Below, piece by piece: positions 14,390-27,520 of a stretch of DNA of 64,000 nt. The stretch is from Mobula hypostoma (taxonomy: Eukaryota): NCBI RefSeq assembly GCF_963921235.1, contig NC_086108.1, positions 54,252,001-54,316,000 of the forward strand, read 5' to 3'. The position numbers were made by a program, and so were the translations under genes. Positions within the stretch are counted from its first letter, which is position 1; each line of letters begins with the position of its first letter. The notes under the pieces are model-generated. The model saw nothing but the letters and a program-made list of their open reading frames with translations, searched no databases and was not told where the DNA came from.

Positions 14390-15060
14390 GATGGGGAGAG
14401 CTTTTTCTGTGATGGACTAGGCTGTATCCACCACTTTTTGTAGACTTTTCCATTCTTGGGCATTGGTGTTTCCATACTAGACCATCATGCAGCCCATCAG
14501 GATACTCTCCACTATGCATCTATAGAAGTATGTCAATGTTTTAGATGACATGTTGAATCTGCACAAATTTATGGGAAAGCAGAGGCTCTGCCATGCTTTC
14601 TTTGTAATGGCAGTTTTGTGCTGCACCCAGAACAGATCCTCTGAAATTATATCACCATGGAATTTAAAGTTACTGACCCTCTCCACCTCTGATCTTGACT
14701 CATGGATCTCTTGCTTCTCCTCCTGTAGTAAATAGTCAGCTATTTGGGTTAATAATCAAGTCTTTGATGTTGAGTGAGAATGTGGCACCATTCAACTAGA
14801 TTTTTATTCTCCTACTGTATGCTGATTCTTCACCATCTTTGAATCAGTCAAAAAAGGTGATATCAGTAGATTTAAATATGGTATTTGAGGTATGCTTAGC
14901 CTCACAGTCATAAGTATGAAGTGAGTAGAGCAGGGGTCTAAACCTTGTGGTGCACCTATGCTGATAGTGATTGTGGAGGAGATGTTGTTGCTAATCCAAA
15001 CTGACTGGGGTTTGCAGGTGAAACAGAGGATCCAGTTGCACAGGGGAGAATAGAGACTTA
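14390..15060 (-). mobile_element. Rex-Babar-like LINE fragment
   Basis: ERVSNFKF...FYRCIVESIL C-terminal RT-associated motif (ORF 14477-14686). Confidence 0.75.
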
Positions 15061-16138
15061 GGTCAGTTGTTTAACTACTTACCAAGATGCTATTTGAAAG
15101 CATCATTCAATGAATTTTATTTAATTTTAGAAAGCCCATTAAATCAGCATGAAAATAAATATTAAGTATATTAAATTTCAAGAAACAAACAATATACTAG
15201 AGGAACTCTACGGGTCACGCAGCATCTGTGGAAGGAAAGGATGGTTAACATTTCAGGTTGAAACCCTTCAAGTCCTATTGGAATGTGTCGATCTGAAACC
15301 TAGACAGTTTCTTTTCTTCCGTAGATACTGTGTAACCTACTGAGTTCCTATTGCACGTTGTTTGTTGCTCCACATTCCAACATCAGCAGTCTCTTGTGTC
15401 TTTATATGATGTTTAAACTTGTTAGACTGGTGGGACAAAGCAGTCAGTTTTAACTGTGTGAAGCTAACAAAATAACCAATAGAAGCTAATATCTAGTTTC
15501 CATTGCAGAAATTGTGGGAGGTATCTTTCATTCAACTTTCACTTTTGCTGGTTGTAATATATGCTAGTCAATTTATGACTCACTGAAGACTTGGGAGTTA
15601 CTATTTTATTAAACTAAATCTTGTTCATCAAAGACAACAGACTTCTTTTATCTAAAGTTGGCATGTAAGTAAATAATTAAGTAGTTAGGAATAACAGTTG
15701 GAGAACAAATTAGTTTTTGATCTGAGTAAAGAAAAGTTAATAGAACCTGATACTGGCTAAACAACTGGTTATGTTTGCAGACATTCATTGTTGAGTTTGT
15801 TCATAAATCAAAACATTCACACAATTCTCGTTATGAAAACCACAGCTGCATGGTATTGTAATAAATGCCATCAAGAGGACGTAAGATGGATGTGGGGGAG
15901 AAAAAACAATTACTAAGCGTAGAGAAAGAGGAAACTAGCTCTGCCTTCCATAAGAACAAAATTATGCATGGGTATCAGCTTTTTGAATTTTAATAATATG
16001 GAACTTGTTCGTATGTAGAGTTGTCCGTAATTTGTACTTTTGTATCCCGGAGATAGTCTGTACCATTGATGAAAAAACACAGGTTTAAAAAAAACACTAT
16101 TTCTTTACTTCCTGATTTACTGGGATTCTCTTTTTCAG

Positions 16139-16608
16139 CTTTTGTTACTTTGCTGAATGGAGAGCAAGCACAAGATGCCATTCGCAAATTTCATAAGTCC
16201 AATTTCCAGGGAAGAGAGATATCTGTTCAGCTACAACCAACAGATAGCTTGCTTTGCATTACTCAGCTGCCGCATTCTTATACAGAACAACAGTTTGAGG
16301 AGTTGGTCCACCGCTATGGAAATATGGAGCGATGCTTCCTTGTTTATAGTGAGACTACTGGGCATTCTAAAGGCTATGGTTTTGTGGAATACATGAAGAA
16401 GGACTCTGCTGCTCGAGCTAAATCTGAACTTATGGGTAAAAAACTGGGATCTTGCATCCTGTATGTGCACTGGACAGATGTTGATCATCTGTCACCTGAT
16501 TTCCTTCATTCAAAGTGTCTTTGCATTGGTAAAATTCCCTGTGAGTACAAAGATGCAGAGGAACTAACACAACTCTTCTCTCAGATGTTTAAACCAGTTT
16601 TCTGTCAG
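16139..16608 (+). CDS. RAVER2: RAVER2 internal exon, 470 nt (end of RRM1, RRM2, start of RRM3)
   Basis: ttttcag| acceptor and CAG|gtatgt donor. Translation [12 protein letters not shown]...[15 protein letters not shown]...[11 protein letters not shown]...KPVFCQ matches RAVER RRMs, with a RAVER2-type C-terminal part. Confidence 0.93.
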
Positions 16609-17779
16609 GTATGTGGAATATGCTCAAGCAGCTTTTTCATGACAAGAATAGCAGTTTCTTGGTTCTCATTGGCTGTACCCTGAAATTTGCCTAATTTTCA
16701 TGTTTCCTGCTCTTTTTGACCAAATTATTTTTACTGTAGGGGTTTTTTGCCTTTAAGTACTATAAGTTATGTATTTTGTTAAATATTACCTATTTGCCTT
16801 TTTAGTGTTGTATTTTCAATGTAGTTCCCAGTTTTTCCGAATGCTTCCTGAGTTTCGCTCTTTCTTGACCATTACAATTATACTGGATTCCACTCTAAAT
16901 GCAGTGCTTTCTATTCTTGTAGAAATTTGGATCAAGCCTTTGAAGTTCTCCCAGAAAGATATCTGAAAGAAGTGTTCACAAATCTTTCATTTGTATTCAC
17001 TCAAAATATTCTTTCCATACTTTTTTGACTACCTCCTGCCACTTCACCCCTCTCCACAACTCATTGCTAAAATTGGAGAATATGAAGAATATTTAAATAA
17101 AAAGTAACCTAGATTAATGCAGTTAGGATAAAATGATTTTTCAAAATCTGTCTTTCATTACTGATACATTTATGCTGAAGATTCTTTGAGTGGCAGTAGC
17201 TTTTCATTGTATTTGATAGTATTGTGATTCACAATAAAGCTATTTAGATTTTGTTAAAACATAGTGCAACCCCACCTAATTCCAGCATGGATCACTAAAT
17301 ATTGACTTGAACATGATTTTTGTCTTATCTAGAATTTGGAATTTAATCAGCCATCTTTCTCGTCTGGACAGCTTAGTATTTTTAAATGGATTATTTGTGT
17401 TATCTGGAGTGACTGAGCCCTCTTGGCTGCTTGTGTGATGCATAATCAACACACAAAATGCTGTAGGAACTCAGCAGGTCAGGCAGCGTCTGTGGAGGGA
17501 AATGAAAAGGCAACATTTTAGGCAGAGATACTTGATCAGGACTGGAAAGAAGGTAGAAGCTAGAAAAAGATAGGGGGAAGGGGAGGAGGACAAGCTTGCA
17601 GGTAATACTATAGGTGAGTCCAGATGAGAGTGGAATGGTGGGTGGGAGAGGAAGGATGAAAGGGGATGATGTAAGACACTTGGAGGTGATAGCTGGATGA
17701 CCTGTGGCTCATAGGGAGAATGAGAGGGTGACAGTTAAGAGCCATGTGGAGGGGGGAGGGTGGGGGTGGGGGTTAGGCA

Positions 17780-18588
17780 TTCCTAAGTTGCGAAGGCAGG
17801 TCTCTGGGTGACTGGGCAGAAGAGGAGTTCTAAAGGGGGGGGGGGTGAGCTGTCAGAAGTCACAGTACGTATCGGTACCAACAACATAAGTAGGAAAAGG
17901 GATGAGATCCTGAAGAGATTACATAGGAAGCTAGATGGGAACCTGAAAAGCAGAACCTCAAGGGTAGTAACTCCTGGACTGCTGTCTGTGCCATGCACTA
18001 GTGGGAGAAGAATAAGGTGACTTGGCAGATGAATGTGCGATTGAGGAACTGGTATGGGGGCAGGATTTCAGATTTGTATTATTTGGATCTCTTTTGGTGA
18101 AGGTATGACCTGTAAAAAAAGGGCGTTTTGCATTTGAACAAGAGGGAGACCAATATCCTTGCGGGCAGATTTGATAGAGCTGTTAGGGAGGATTTAAACT
18201 GAATTGGAAACTGAATTGGCAGGGAGTTAACCAGAGTGATAGGGTGGTGAATGGGACAGTTGGGGTACAGGTACAGTACTGTGCAAAAGTCTTCGGCACA
18301 TATGTATAACTAGGGTGCCCAAGACTTTTGCACAGTAATGTAGTAATTTTTATGTATTGCACTGAGAGCTGGCACAAAAAAAACAATATTATGACATGTA
18401 AGTGATGTTAAACCTGATTCTGATATTGATCTCTTGTGTGGACTGAGTAGCAAGAGGGCAAGGAGAGGGGAATTATTGTTGAGAATAGAGGAAGGGAGAG
18501 GGAAGCACCCGAGAGGCATTCTGTAATGATCAATAAACCAATTGTTTTGAATCAAATGATCTTGCCTGGTGGCTCAAGGCTGGGTTGT

Positions 18589-18628
<40 letters not shown>

Positions 18629-19865
18629 CCTCCTCCCCGGCACCTGTCTCACACCCCTCAGTGCTCCACCTTTGTCATTACCAGCATCCTTTGCTCCAGC
18701 CAGATTTATAAACTTGCTCTCCGCTCCATGGTAACAAGTACAATACTGTGCAACAGTCTTAGGCACCTCAGTTGTATATAGGTGCCGAAGACTTTTGCTC
18801 AATACTGTAGATGCAAGGCTTAGAGAGACTGTGAGAAAGGACAGGCAGTTGATGAGGCAAAATTTAGCTAGGCATTTGATAAGGTTCCTCATGGTAGGCT
18901 CACCCAGAAAGTCAGGAGATATGAAATCTAGGAAAACTTGACTGTAGATTCAGAATTGGCTTGCTCTGAGAAGGCAAAGGGTGGTCATAGATGGAGTGTA
19001 TTCTACCTGGAGGTCAGTGACCAGTGGTGTTCTGCAGAGATCTGCTCTGGGATTACTTCGAAGAGGAAGTGGAAGGCTGGGTTATTAAGTTTGATGATGG
19101 CATGAAGGTTGGTGGAGTTGTGAATGGTATAAAAGGTTGTCACGAGTTACAATGGGACATTGACAGGATGCAGAGTTGGGCTAAGAAGTGGCAGATGGAG
19201 TTCAATCTAGAAAAGTGTGAAGTGATTCACTTTGGAAGGTCAAATTTGAAGGCAGAATGTAGGGTTAATGGCATGTTTCTTAGCAGTGTGGAGGAACAGA
19301 GGGATCTTGGAACTATGTCCATAGATCCCTCGGAGGTTCCGGGCAAGTTGATAGGGTAGTTAAGAAGGCATATGGTTTTTTTCCCAGCATTAGTTGGGGG
19401 ATTGAGTTCAGGAGCTGCGAAGTAATATTACAGCTCTTATAGAATCCTGGGTAGACAACACTTGGAATATTGTGGTCAGCTTTGGTCACCTCATTATAGG
19501 AAGGACATGGAAGCTTTGAAGAGGGTGCAGAGGAGATTTACCAGGATGCTGTCCGATTAGAGAGTGTGTCTTAAAAGGGTAGGGCTTTTCTATTTAGAGC
19601 AAAGAAAGAAGGGGCATAATTTTAAAGTGACTGGAGGAAAACATGGGGGGGGGGCGCTATCAGTGGTAAGTTATTTTATACAGAGTGCTGCGTGCAAGAA
19701 ATGTGCTGCCGGGGTGGTGGTGGAGGCAGACACATTAGGAACATTTAAGAACTCTCAGATAAATATGGATGACAGAAAAAGTGAAGGGCTATGTAATTGG
19801 GTTGATCTGAGAGTAGGTTAAAAAGTCAGCACATCATCGTGGGCTGAAGAATATGTAACATGCTG
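17780..19865 (+). mobile_element. CR1 LINE, degraded and internally deleted (ORF1 SGNH-esterase remnant plus RT C-terminus)
   Basis: RIGTNNI... ORF1 motif, KFDDGMKVGG RT remnant, CR1-type tail. Confidence 0.8.
18274..18807. mobile_element. Tc1/mariner-type MITE with palindromic ends
   Basis: TA TSDs; terminal motif cagtactgtgcaaaagtctt(c/a)ggcac occurs four times in alternating orientation; (CA)n at ~18590-18626. Confidence 0.8.
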
Positions 19866-21374
19866 TAATGTTATAATGTTTTATCTTCTAATGACCTGCT
19901 TCTGGCTCCATCATGGCATTAAGGAGAATGCATCATTGCGGGAATGGGAGGTGAAATTGAAGTAGCTGAGCTTTGGGAGATCCTGGCTCTTGACGCAGAT
20001 GGAGCAATTTGTTTGACGAAGCTATCTCCTTATCTGCGTCAGGTATCACCAATGTAGAGGAGGCCACATAGGTAGCACCAGATTAAATAAGTTACACTGA
20101 CAGGCTTGCTGGTGAAGCGCCATTTCACCTGGAAGGACTGTTCCTCCTACTCTTTCTTCTCTCTCATGGACTCTCCTATTCCCTGCAGGCTTATGCTTCT
20201 CCCACTTTTTATTCTATCTTTTGCCTTTTTCTTTTCCAGGTCTGATCAAGGGTCTTGGCTCAAAGCATAGATTGCTCATTTCCCTCCATAGTTGCTGCCT
20301 GACTTGTTGAATTCCTCTAGCATTTTGAGTGTGTTGCTCAAAATTAACTGCATTTGCAGAATCTCTTGTCTCTGTGTGATGTATAAGATTAAAATGGTAG
20401 TATTTTTATGAAGCTATCTTTTAAATATTTTGCCAAGTCTTTAGAAAGCACTTTTGTTTCATACTCCTGGTAATTTTACTTTGGAAAATCTGCTTGTTTT
20501 AGGTATCTCACAAACTGAGTTTTTGTTTTAATGCTTTAGTGTTACACTGTATATTGAGTAAATCAGTTCAAAGTTGTCAATGGCCATTTCATTGGATTTT
20601 CAATAAGTGGATTCCATTTAATTGGGACATACTGGGACCAGTGCATTTTAGCCCAATCAAGCATCTGCCCCAATTAGCCAAAGTTTCATGGAAATGGTAA
20701 AAATGGTATATTTAAAAAAAAGACTAACTGCTATTTAATTGAGTAACAAATTATGTATTTAAGTAAAATACAGAACAAATTAGAACTCTACCAATACTAC
20801 TGCAGTACTATAAAATTGTGTATTAGTTTGTAATAATTATCAACAGAGGAATTAATCCAGCATATACTGCCATGTTCTTTTGACTGTAAATGAACAAAAT
20901 CAGCGCAGCCACCTAGTGTAAATAATGGACTGTCTTCATACAATGCTTTCAATATTTACATCTTCCAAATCTTTATTTTCATTGTAATATTCAAGATAAC
21001 TGTTGATCCCTTCAAATTCTTCATAGTTTCTAACCTGAAGTAGAGAAATAGTTTCATTTTCATTAGCAGCCATTCTAGTCTTGAATGCTTGAAACTTCAG
21101 TGAGCAAAACAGTTCTGAATTGTCTTGCTGCTTATTTCTCGGAAACTATCAGTGACAAAAATCACTGCCTTTTGAACACAATTAGTTGCATCTGATGCTA
21201 TTTAAAAACTGTTTTCTGCATACTGTCTAATGGCCATGCAAGTACACATGACTGACACGAGTTAGAAACATTTCAGCAACAGTCTCCTATCCCAGTTGAG
21301 CAGTATAGTGTCCCAAATAGGCAAAGGGAATCCCGGCTAATTTCTCAATTAGTTTTTCTTATTTAAGAGTTGTT

Positions 21375-24280
21375 GAGGCACGACTACGCAGGCAGTGGAT
21401 GTTAGCGAGTTAGACTGGTGGAAAGAAAAAAAGAAGACAGCTTTATAGATTCTGGAACAGTGCAGTAATAACAGGGTTGTTGTGACGGGAGATTTTAATT
21501 TCCTCAATATTGATTGGTATCTCCCCTAGAGCAAGGGGTTTAGGTGGGATGGAGTTTGTTAGGTGTGTTCATGAAGGTTTCCTGACACAGTATGTAGATA
21601 AGCCTACAAGAAGAGAGGCTGTACTTGATCTGGTATTGGGAAATGAACCTGGTCAGGTGTCAGGTCTCTCAGTGGCAGAGCATTTTGGAGATAGTGATCA
21701 CAATTCTATCTCCTTTACCTTAGCATTTGAGAGGGATACGAACGGACAAGTTAGGAAAGTGTTTAATTGGAGTAAGGGGAAATATGAAGCTATCAGGCAG
21801 GAATTTGGAAACACAAATTGGGAACAGATGTTCTCAGGGAAATGCACGGCAGAAATGTGGCAAATGTTCAGGGGATATTTGTGTGGTGTTCTGCATGGGT
21901 ACATTCCAATGAGACAGGGAAGGCATGGTAGGGTACAAGAACCATGGTGTACAAAGGAATTAAAAATCTAGTCAAGAAGAAAAGAAAAGCTTACAAAAGG
22001 TTCAAAAAGCTAGGTAATAATAGAGATCTAGAAAATTATAAGGCTAGTAGGAAGAAGCTTAAGAATGAAATTAGGAGAGCCAGAAGGTGCAATGAGAAGG
22101 CCTTGGCGAGCAGGATTAAGGAAAACTCCAAGGCATTCTGCAAGTATGTGAAGAGCAAGAGGGTAAGACACAAGAGAATAGGATCAATCAAGTGTGACAG
22201 TGAAAAAGTGCGTATGGAACCAGAGGAGGTAGCAGAGGTACTTAATGAATACTTTGCTTCAGTATTCACTATGGAAAAGGACCTTGGCGATTGTAGGGGT
22301 GACTTACAGAGGACTGAAAAGCTTGAGCATCTAAACATTAAGAAAGAAGATGTGCTGGAGCTTTTGGAAAGCATCAAGTTGATAAGTCACTGGGACCAGA
22401 TGAAATGTACCCCAGGCTACTGTGGGAAGTGAGGGAGGAGATTGCTGAGCCTCTGGAAATGATCTTTGCATCATCAATGGGGATGGGAGAGGTTATGGAG
22501 AATTGGAGGGTTGCGGATGTTCTTTCTTTATTCAAGAAAGGAAATAGAGATATCCCACGAAATTATAGACCAGCGAATCTTACTTCAGTGGTTGGTAAAT
22601 TGATGGAGAAGATCCTGAGAGGCAGGATTTATGAACATTTGCAGAGGCATAATATAGTTAGGAATAGTCAGTATGGCTTTGTCAAAGGCAGGTCATGCCT
22701 TACGAGCCTGATGGAATTTTTTGAGGGTGTGACTAAACACATTGATGAAGGAAGAGCAGTAGATGTAGTGTCTATGGATTTCAGCAAGGCATTTGATAAG
22801 GTACCCCATGCAAGCCTTATTGAGAAAGTAAGGAGGCATGGGATCCAAGGGGACCTTGCTTTGTGGATCCAAAACTGGCTTGCCCACAGAACGCAAAGAG
22901 TGGTTGTAGAAGGGTCATATTCTTTATGGTGATCGGTGACCAGTGGTGTGCCTCAGAGATCTGTTCTGGGACCCCTTTTCTTTGTGAATTTTATAAATGA
23001 CCTGGATGAGGAAGTGGAGGGATGGGTTTGTAAATTTGCTGACACAAATGTCAGGGGGATTTGTGGATCGTGTGGAGGGCTGTCAGTGGTTACAGTGGGA
23101 CATTGATAGGATGCAAAACTGGGCTAAGAAGTGGCAGATGGAGATCAACCCAGATAAGTGTGAGGTGGTTGCATTTTGGTCGGTCAAATATGATAGTAGA
23201 ATATAGTATTAATGGTAAGATTCTTGGCAGTGTGGAGGATCAGAGGGATCTTGGGGTCTGAGTCCATAGGACACTCAAAGCTGCTGTGCAGGTTGACTCT
23301 GTGGTTAAGAAGGCCTACGGTACATCGGCCTTCATCAACCGTGGGATTGAGTTCAAGAGCCAAGAGGTAATGTTACAGCTATATAGGACCCTGGTCAGAC
23401 CCCACTTGGAGTACTGTGCTCAGTTCTGGTCACCCCACTATAGGAAGGATGTGGAAACTATAGAAAGGGTGCAGAGGTGATTTACAAGGATGTTGCCTGG
23501 ATTGGGGAGCATGCCTTATGAGAATAGGTTGAGTGAACTCGGCCTTTTCTCCTTGGAGCAACGGAGGATGAGAGGTGACCTGTTAGAGGTGTATAAGATG
23601 ATGAGTGGCATTGATCGTGTGGATAGTCAGAAGCTTTTTCCCAGATAATGTTAGGTCAGGGCCTTACCTTGCTACTGGTACCACGTAGCCCAGTACTACC
23701 TGTCTCGGGTCGGGTTGTCGGCGACTCAACCGGCACACCCCTTGGTGCTCTTCGGTTAACCAGGGAGGAGGGTGTGTGGCACCCAGCAGGACTAAAAACA
23801 AAACCTGTCAGAGGGCGGATGAACTCTTTGTCAGTCAACGGCCACCTACTGTTTGTGTGAGGAGTGGCGCGTAACACAGTCTTTTGTTTCACGCCTTGTA
23901 AGGCATAATTGCCTGTAGCTGGCCCCGTAGGCCTGAGTCGACGTAGTAGTAGCAGCAGTAGTAGTTGTTGTTTTCCCAGGCCTGAAATGGCTAATTCAAG
24001 AGGGCACAGTTTTAAGGTGCTTGGAAGTAGGTACAGGGGAGATGTCGGATAAGTTTTTTACACAGAGTGTGGTGAATGCATGGAATGGGCTGCTGGCGAC
24101 GGTGGTGGAGGCGGATACAATAGGGTCTTTTAAGAAACTTCTGGATAGGTACATGGAGCTTTGAAAAATAGAGGGCTATGGGTAACCTGAGGTAATTTCT
24201 AAAGTAAGTACATGTTTGGCACTGTTTTGTGGGCCAAAGGACCTGTATTGTGCTGTAGGTTTTCTATGTTTCTATGTTTT
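21375..24280 (+). mobile_element. CR1 LINE, same family as 11343-14386
   Basis: Colinear with the 11343 copy; RT motifs DFSKAFDKVPH and RPHLEYC; (ttctatgt)n tail. Confidence 0.92.
23645..23970 (+). mobile_element. Unclassified short retroposon with (TAG)n tail
   Basis: Absent from the sibling CR1 copies; flanked by 9-bp TSD ttttcccag (23636-23644, 23971-23979). Confidence 0.8.
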
Positions 24281-24566
24281 TGTCCCAAATAAGCAGTTGT
24301 CCTGATTAACTGATGGCCCTATTAACCAGAATCCACTATACTTTGTTAAATTGCTCCTTTTATTGTATTTTTTCTTGTTCCTTCAAAAAGCCATTTCTTC
24401 TCCAGCCCTTTTGTCTAACTTGACCAAATTCAGTTTAGAAAGGTTGAGAAAGCAATGCTCCCAGTGAAACTCCTTCAACTATCCACCACTTATTACATGA
24501 GTGGCTAGCTAGTGGTGTTCAAGTGTTTTTTTTAATATGCTTGTTTTTCTTCCATTTATTTGTCAG

Positions 24567-24755
24567 CTTGCCCGGGGCTCAGGTAGCCAACCGTCCTTTG
24601 CAGTCGTAGAGTACCAGACTGCTGATCAAACTGAATTAGTTCAACGATCCACTAATGGAATGCTTATTGGGGGTAGCCATGTCAATGTTTCATTTTGTGC
24701 TCCAGGGCTTCCGGGACGCAGTATGCTAGCAGCACTTATTGCTGCCCAAAGGCTG
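24567..24755 (+). CDS. RAVER2: RAVER2 internal exon, 189 nt (RRM3 C-terminal half)
   Basis: tgtcag| acceptor and CTG|gtaagt donor; LARG...FAVVEYQTA...VSFCAPGLPGRSMLAALIAAQRL; phase 0/0. Confidence 0.93.
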
Positions 24756-25508
24756 GTAAGTAATAATCTTTAAACCTCTTGCAAAAGAAGAATTGTATTT
24801 AATAGATTGTGGCCCTCATTTTATTTTTAGTTCAGTGATGAGCAACATTACTGATAATGAGGCTTGAGACTTGAATTGGTTTTCAGCATTATATAAAGAC
24901 ATTGAGAGTTGCAAGCCCATTTTTCTTTTGACTATACATGGCTCTACTTGGGAGCAATAGAATTATGTTTCGTATTTTAAAGGACAGCAAAGGAATTGTA
25001 TAATCAAAACTTGAATACTTTAATAGCCTGCCAGAGTCCCTTACTTTCCCACCGCACCACTTCTTTTATGATCAAAATAGTTTAAGTGTGAAAAGCCATC
25101 AGGCAATTTGTGAGGGTAGGCCTTGGGTTCAGTCCTTGAGGTGTATTCAGTTCTCATGGATCACTCAATGAGCAAACATGCAGAAAGTTCTCCTATGAAA
25201 CTGGATTCACAGAGCCATAAAAAGTACATTTGGATCTGGGAAAAATGCAGGTGGCAGTCTCAACTGAATGTAAGTGTCTCAATAATTCCATGAATAAAAA
25301 TTATTTTGAATCAAATCATGAATGTTTCGCTTCACTGCAAACATTTTCATTCTCATTAAATTTTCATGGTTTATAAATTATTTTTTCATGGTTTTTAAAT
25401 TATTTTTGTAAATGATTTTCCTTTATGATGCATTTGCTGTTATATAAATTCCTACATATATGGTTTTGCAGTAGTTGGATGTCTAACTGAATTAAATTTC
25501 CTTTTAAG

Positions 25509-25632
25509 TTGTTAAACAGCAGTAAAGGTCTCCTTCCTGCACCCAACCCTTTGCAGTTCATAAACGCCCTGGGTAATCCTGTATTGCAGTTGCTCCTGAG
25601 ACCTTACTTCAATGGGCACGCTGGCAAAAAAA
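25509..25632 (+). CDS. RAVER2: RAVER2 internal exon, 124 nt
   Basis: ttttaag| acceptor and |gtgagt donor; LLNSSKGLLPAPNPLQ...LQLLLRPY; phase 0/1. Confidence 0.88.
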
Positions 25633-27166
25633 GTGAGTTACTTTGCAGCTCTTTCCAAAGAAATATATGTAACACTTTTAGATTTGTCTTTATCAAGCGT
25701 GTATGGGTATCTAGCAGGTAATGGTTCAGGAGTCTTCAGATGTTTCCTTATTGTATTTGTTCCAGGGATTTTCTGCTTGTATAGATGTGAACAAAGATTG
25801 TTGGAAGAGTGGGCAATCTAACTATCACAACATGGTACAATAGACCATTCCAATGAGAAGAGTAAAAAAGAAACGTAATAATGTTAAGAGAAAGTATAAT
25901 GATTGATATATTTCTCTTTAGGTCTAACTTAATGGTAAAGCCTGTGTTGCTTTTGTAGAAGCTGAGATTGAGGACTTTTCCGAGGAACTGGTGAAGAGCT
26001 TATAATGACAAAAGGAAGAGGATACAGTTTTTATACAGTAGTTCAGGGAGAAACTAATCCAATGGATATCCAAAAGATTGAGATTCTTCAGAGAATTACA
26101 ATTCTTACTGGAGCCATTTGTAAACGGATACAGGGTAGAGGAGATCAGTGTTAACTGCATGGTTCAGAGTACCACAGAAGGAAGGAATTTCACTTCCAAT
26201 TTCAGTCCCATGGTATGCTGGCAGGACCAATCCTTTTGGGATGGATTCTGCTTAAACTGGACCAGATGAATGTCTAGATGGGTTAGATGGCTTGAAGGCT
26301 TTAAACTACTAGTGTGAGAGGCAGTGGATGGAATTCAAACCACCTTCCTTAGCATTACCTAAACCTTTTTTTTTAAGATTACCAGTCCAATATTGGAGCC
26401 GAGATGTGTGCAAATCTTGTAACTACTTTGGTATTAAAATAGAAAATGCCAAAAATAATTTTTTAGGTGATGCAAAACTGAGGAAAAAGAATTGCAACAC
26501 ATGGAAGTTTCTACAACTGTATACACTTAGATAATGTTTAGATAGCTAAGCTTGAATTGTTGAATGTCAGTGAAGCCATGAATTCTGTTGCAACTTCTAT
26601 AATGTTTGGGTTGCTTTTACCAGTTAGTGTATGAGGAGGGGCTAATGGGCAGTGGGTGGGTAAGGGTTCTAAACAGTCTTCCTACCTGCAAGGCAAGTTC
26701 AAAAATGGGATCAACAAGAAGCACAATAACTTTTGGCAGCTTTTTGTTTGAACTTTTGATCTATATTTAGCTGATGCTGAAGTTTCAAGCCAGAAGCTTA
26801 GGGCATCCTGGGGTCAATATTCTCTTGATTATTCTCATTTATTGCTATAGAGTCTTTTGTGTATACTCGGAGGGAGATTGAGTGTTGGTGTAATAAAGAT
26901 TAATATTACTCAGCATTTAAAGTTTGTGTAAAGCTGAATCATATGCTCAGGTTAGTTAATTAGTGCTGTGCAGCATTCTAATCTAAAGATGATGTTAAAA
27001 ATTATGCCTGTAGGTTTTTGCAAATAAAATGAAGCAAGATGTTTTATGTTTAATCAAACCCTGATTTTTCTCTTGGACACTTCTCGGCATTGGATAAATA
27101 GTGAATTAGATGTGACACTCAGCATGAGCAAAATATGTCACATACAAAAAAATATATGGAGCAGTT

Positions 27167-27376
27167 AAAAACGCAAACACGAGGAAATCTGCAGACGCTG
27201 GAAATTCAAGCCACACACATCAAAGTTGCTGGTGAACGCAGCAGGCCAGGCAGCATCTCTAGGAAGAGGTACAGGCGACGTTTCAGGCCGAGACCCTTCA
27301 TCAGTCCCGTCGACTGTACCTCTTCCTAGAGATGCTGCCTGGCCTGCTGCGTTCACCAGCAACTTTGATGTGTGTG
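27167..27376. mobile_element. Palindromic Penelope-derived mini-insertion with hammerhead core
   Basis: 13-bp TSD atatggagcagtt (27154-27166, 27377-27389); 69-bp inverted arms. Confidence 0.9.
27277..27304 (-). ncRNA. Minimal type I hammerhead ribozyme core
   Basis: Minus strand reads CTGATGA-AGGGTCTCGGCCT-GAAA-CGTC. Confidence 0.7.
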
Positions 27377-27520
27377 ATATGGAGCAGTTCCAATGTTTGT
27401 GTGACTAATTTTGAGTAATTTTCCTTGTTATTACCTTGATTTTTTTTTAGAAAATCAAAATGAACATTTGTGGAAGAAAAATGTTTGTTCACGTTCTCAA
27501 ATTTGGTTTGTTCCCTTAAG

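Larger units (their letters stand above)
17445..20375. mobile_element. Old Penelope-like element with inverted architecture, split by a CR1 insertion
   Basis: Minus-strand terminus at 17445-17775, minus-strand GIY-YIG remnant at ~19900-20140 and plus-strand terminus at ~20200-20375 with a decayed hammerhead (ctgatcaagggtcttggctcaaagc). Confidence 0.6.
20605..24338. mobile_element. Non-autonomous DNA transposon (pogo/Tigger-like) split by a CR1 insertion
   Basis: Termini agtggattcc... and ...gaatccacta(ta). The related copy ending at 62845 shows that the sequences at 21372 and 24281 were contiguous. Confidence 0.65.

Noticed and set aside
16066..16683. 205-aa ORF as a standalone gene
   Set aside because: Only 16139-16608 is RAVER-like and it is bounded by splice sites; the rest is intronic read-through.
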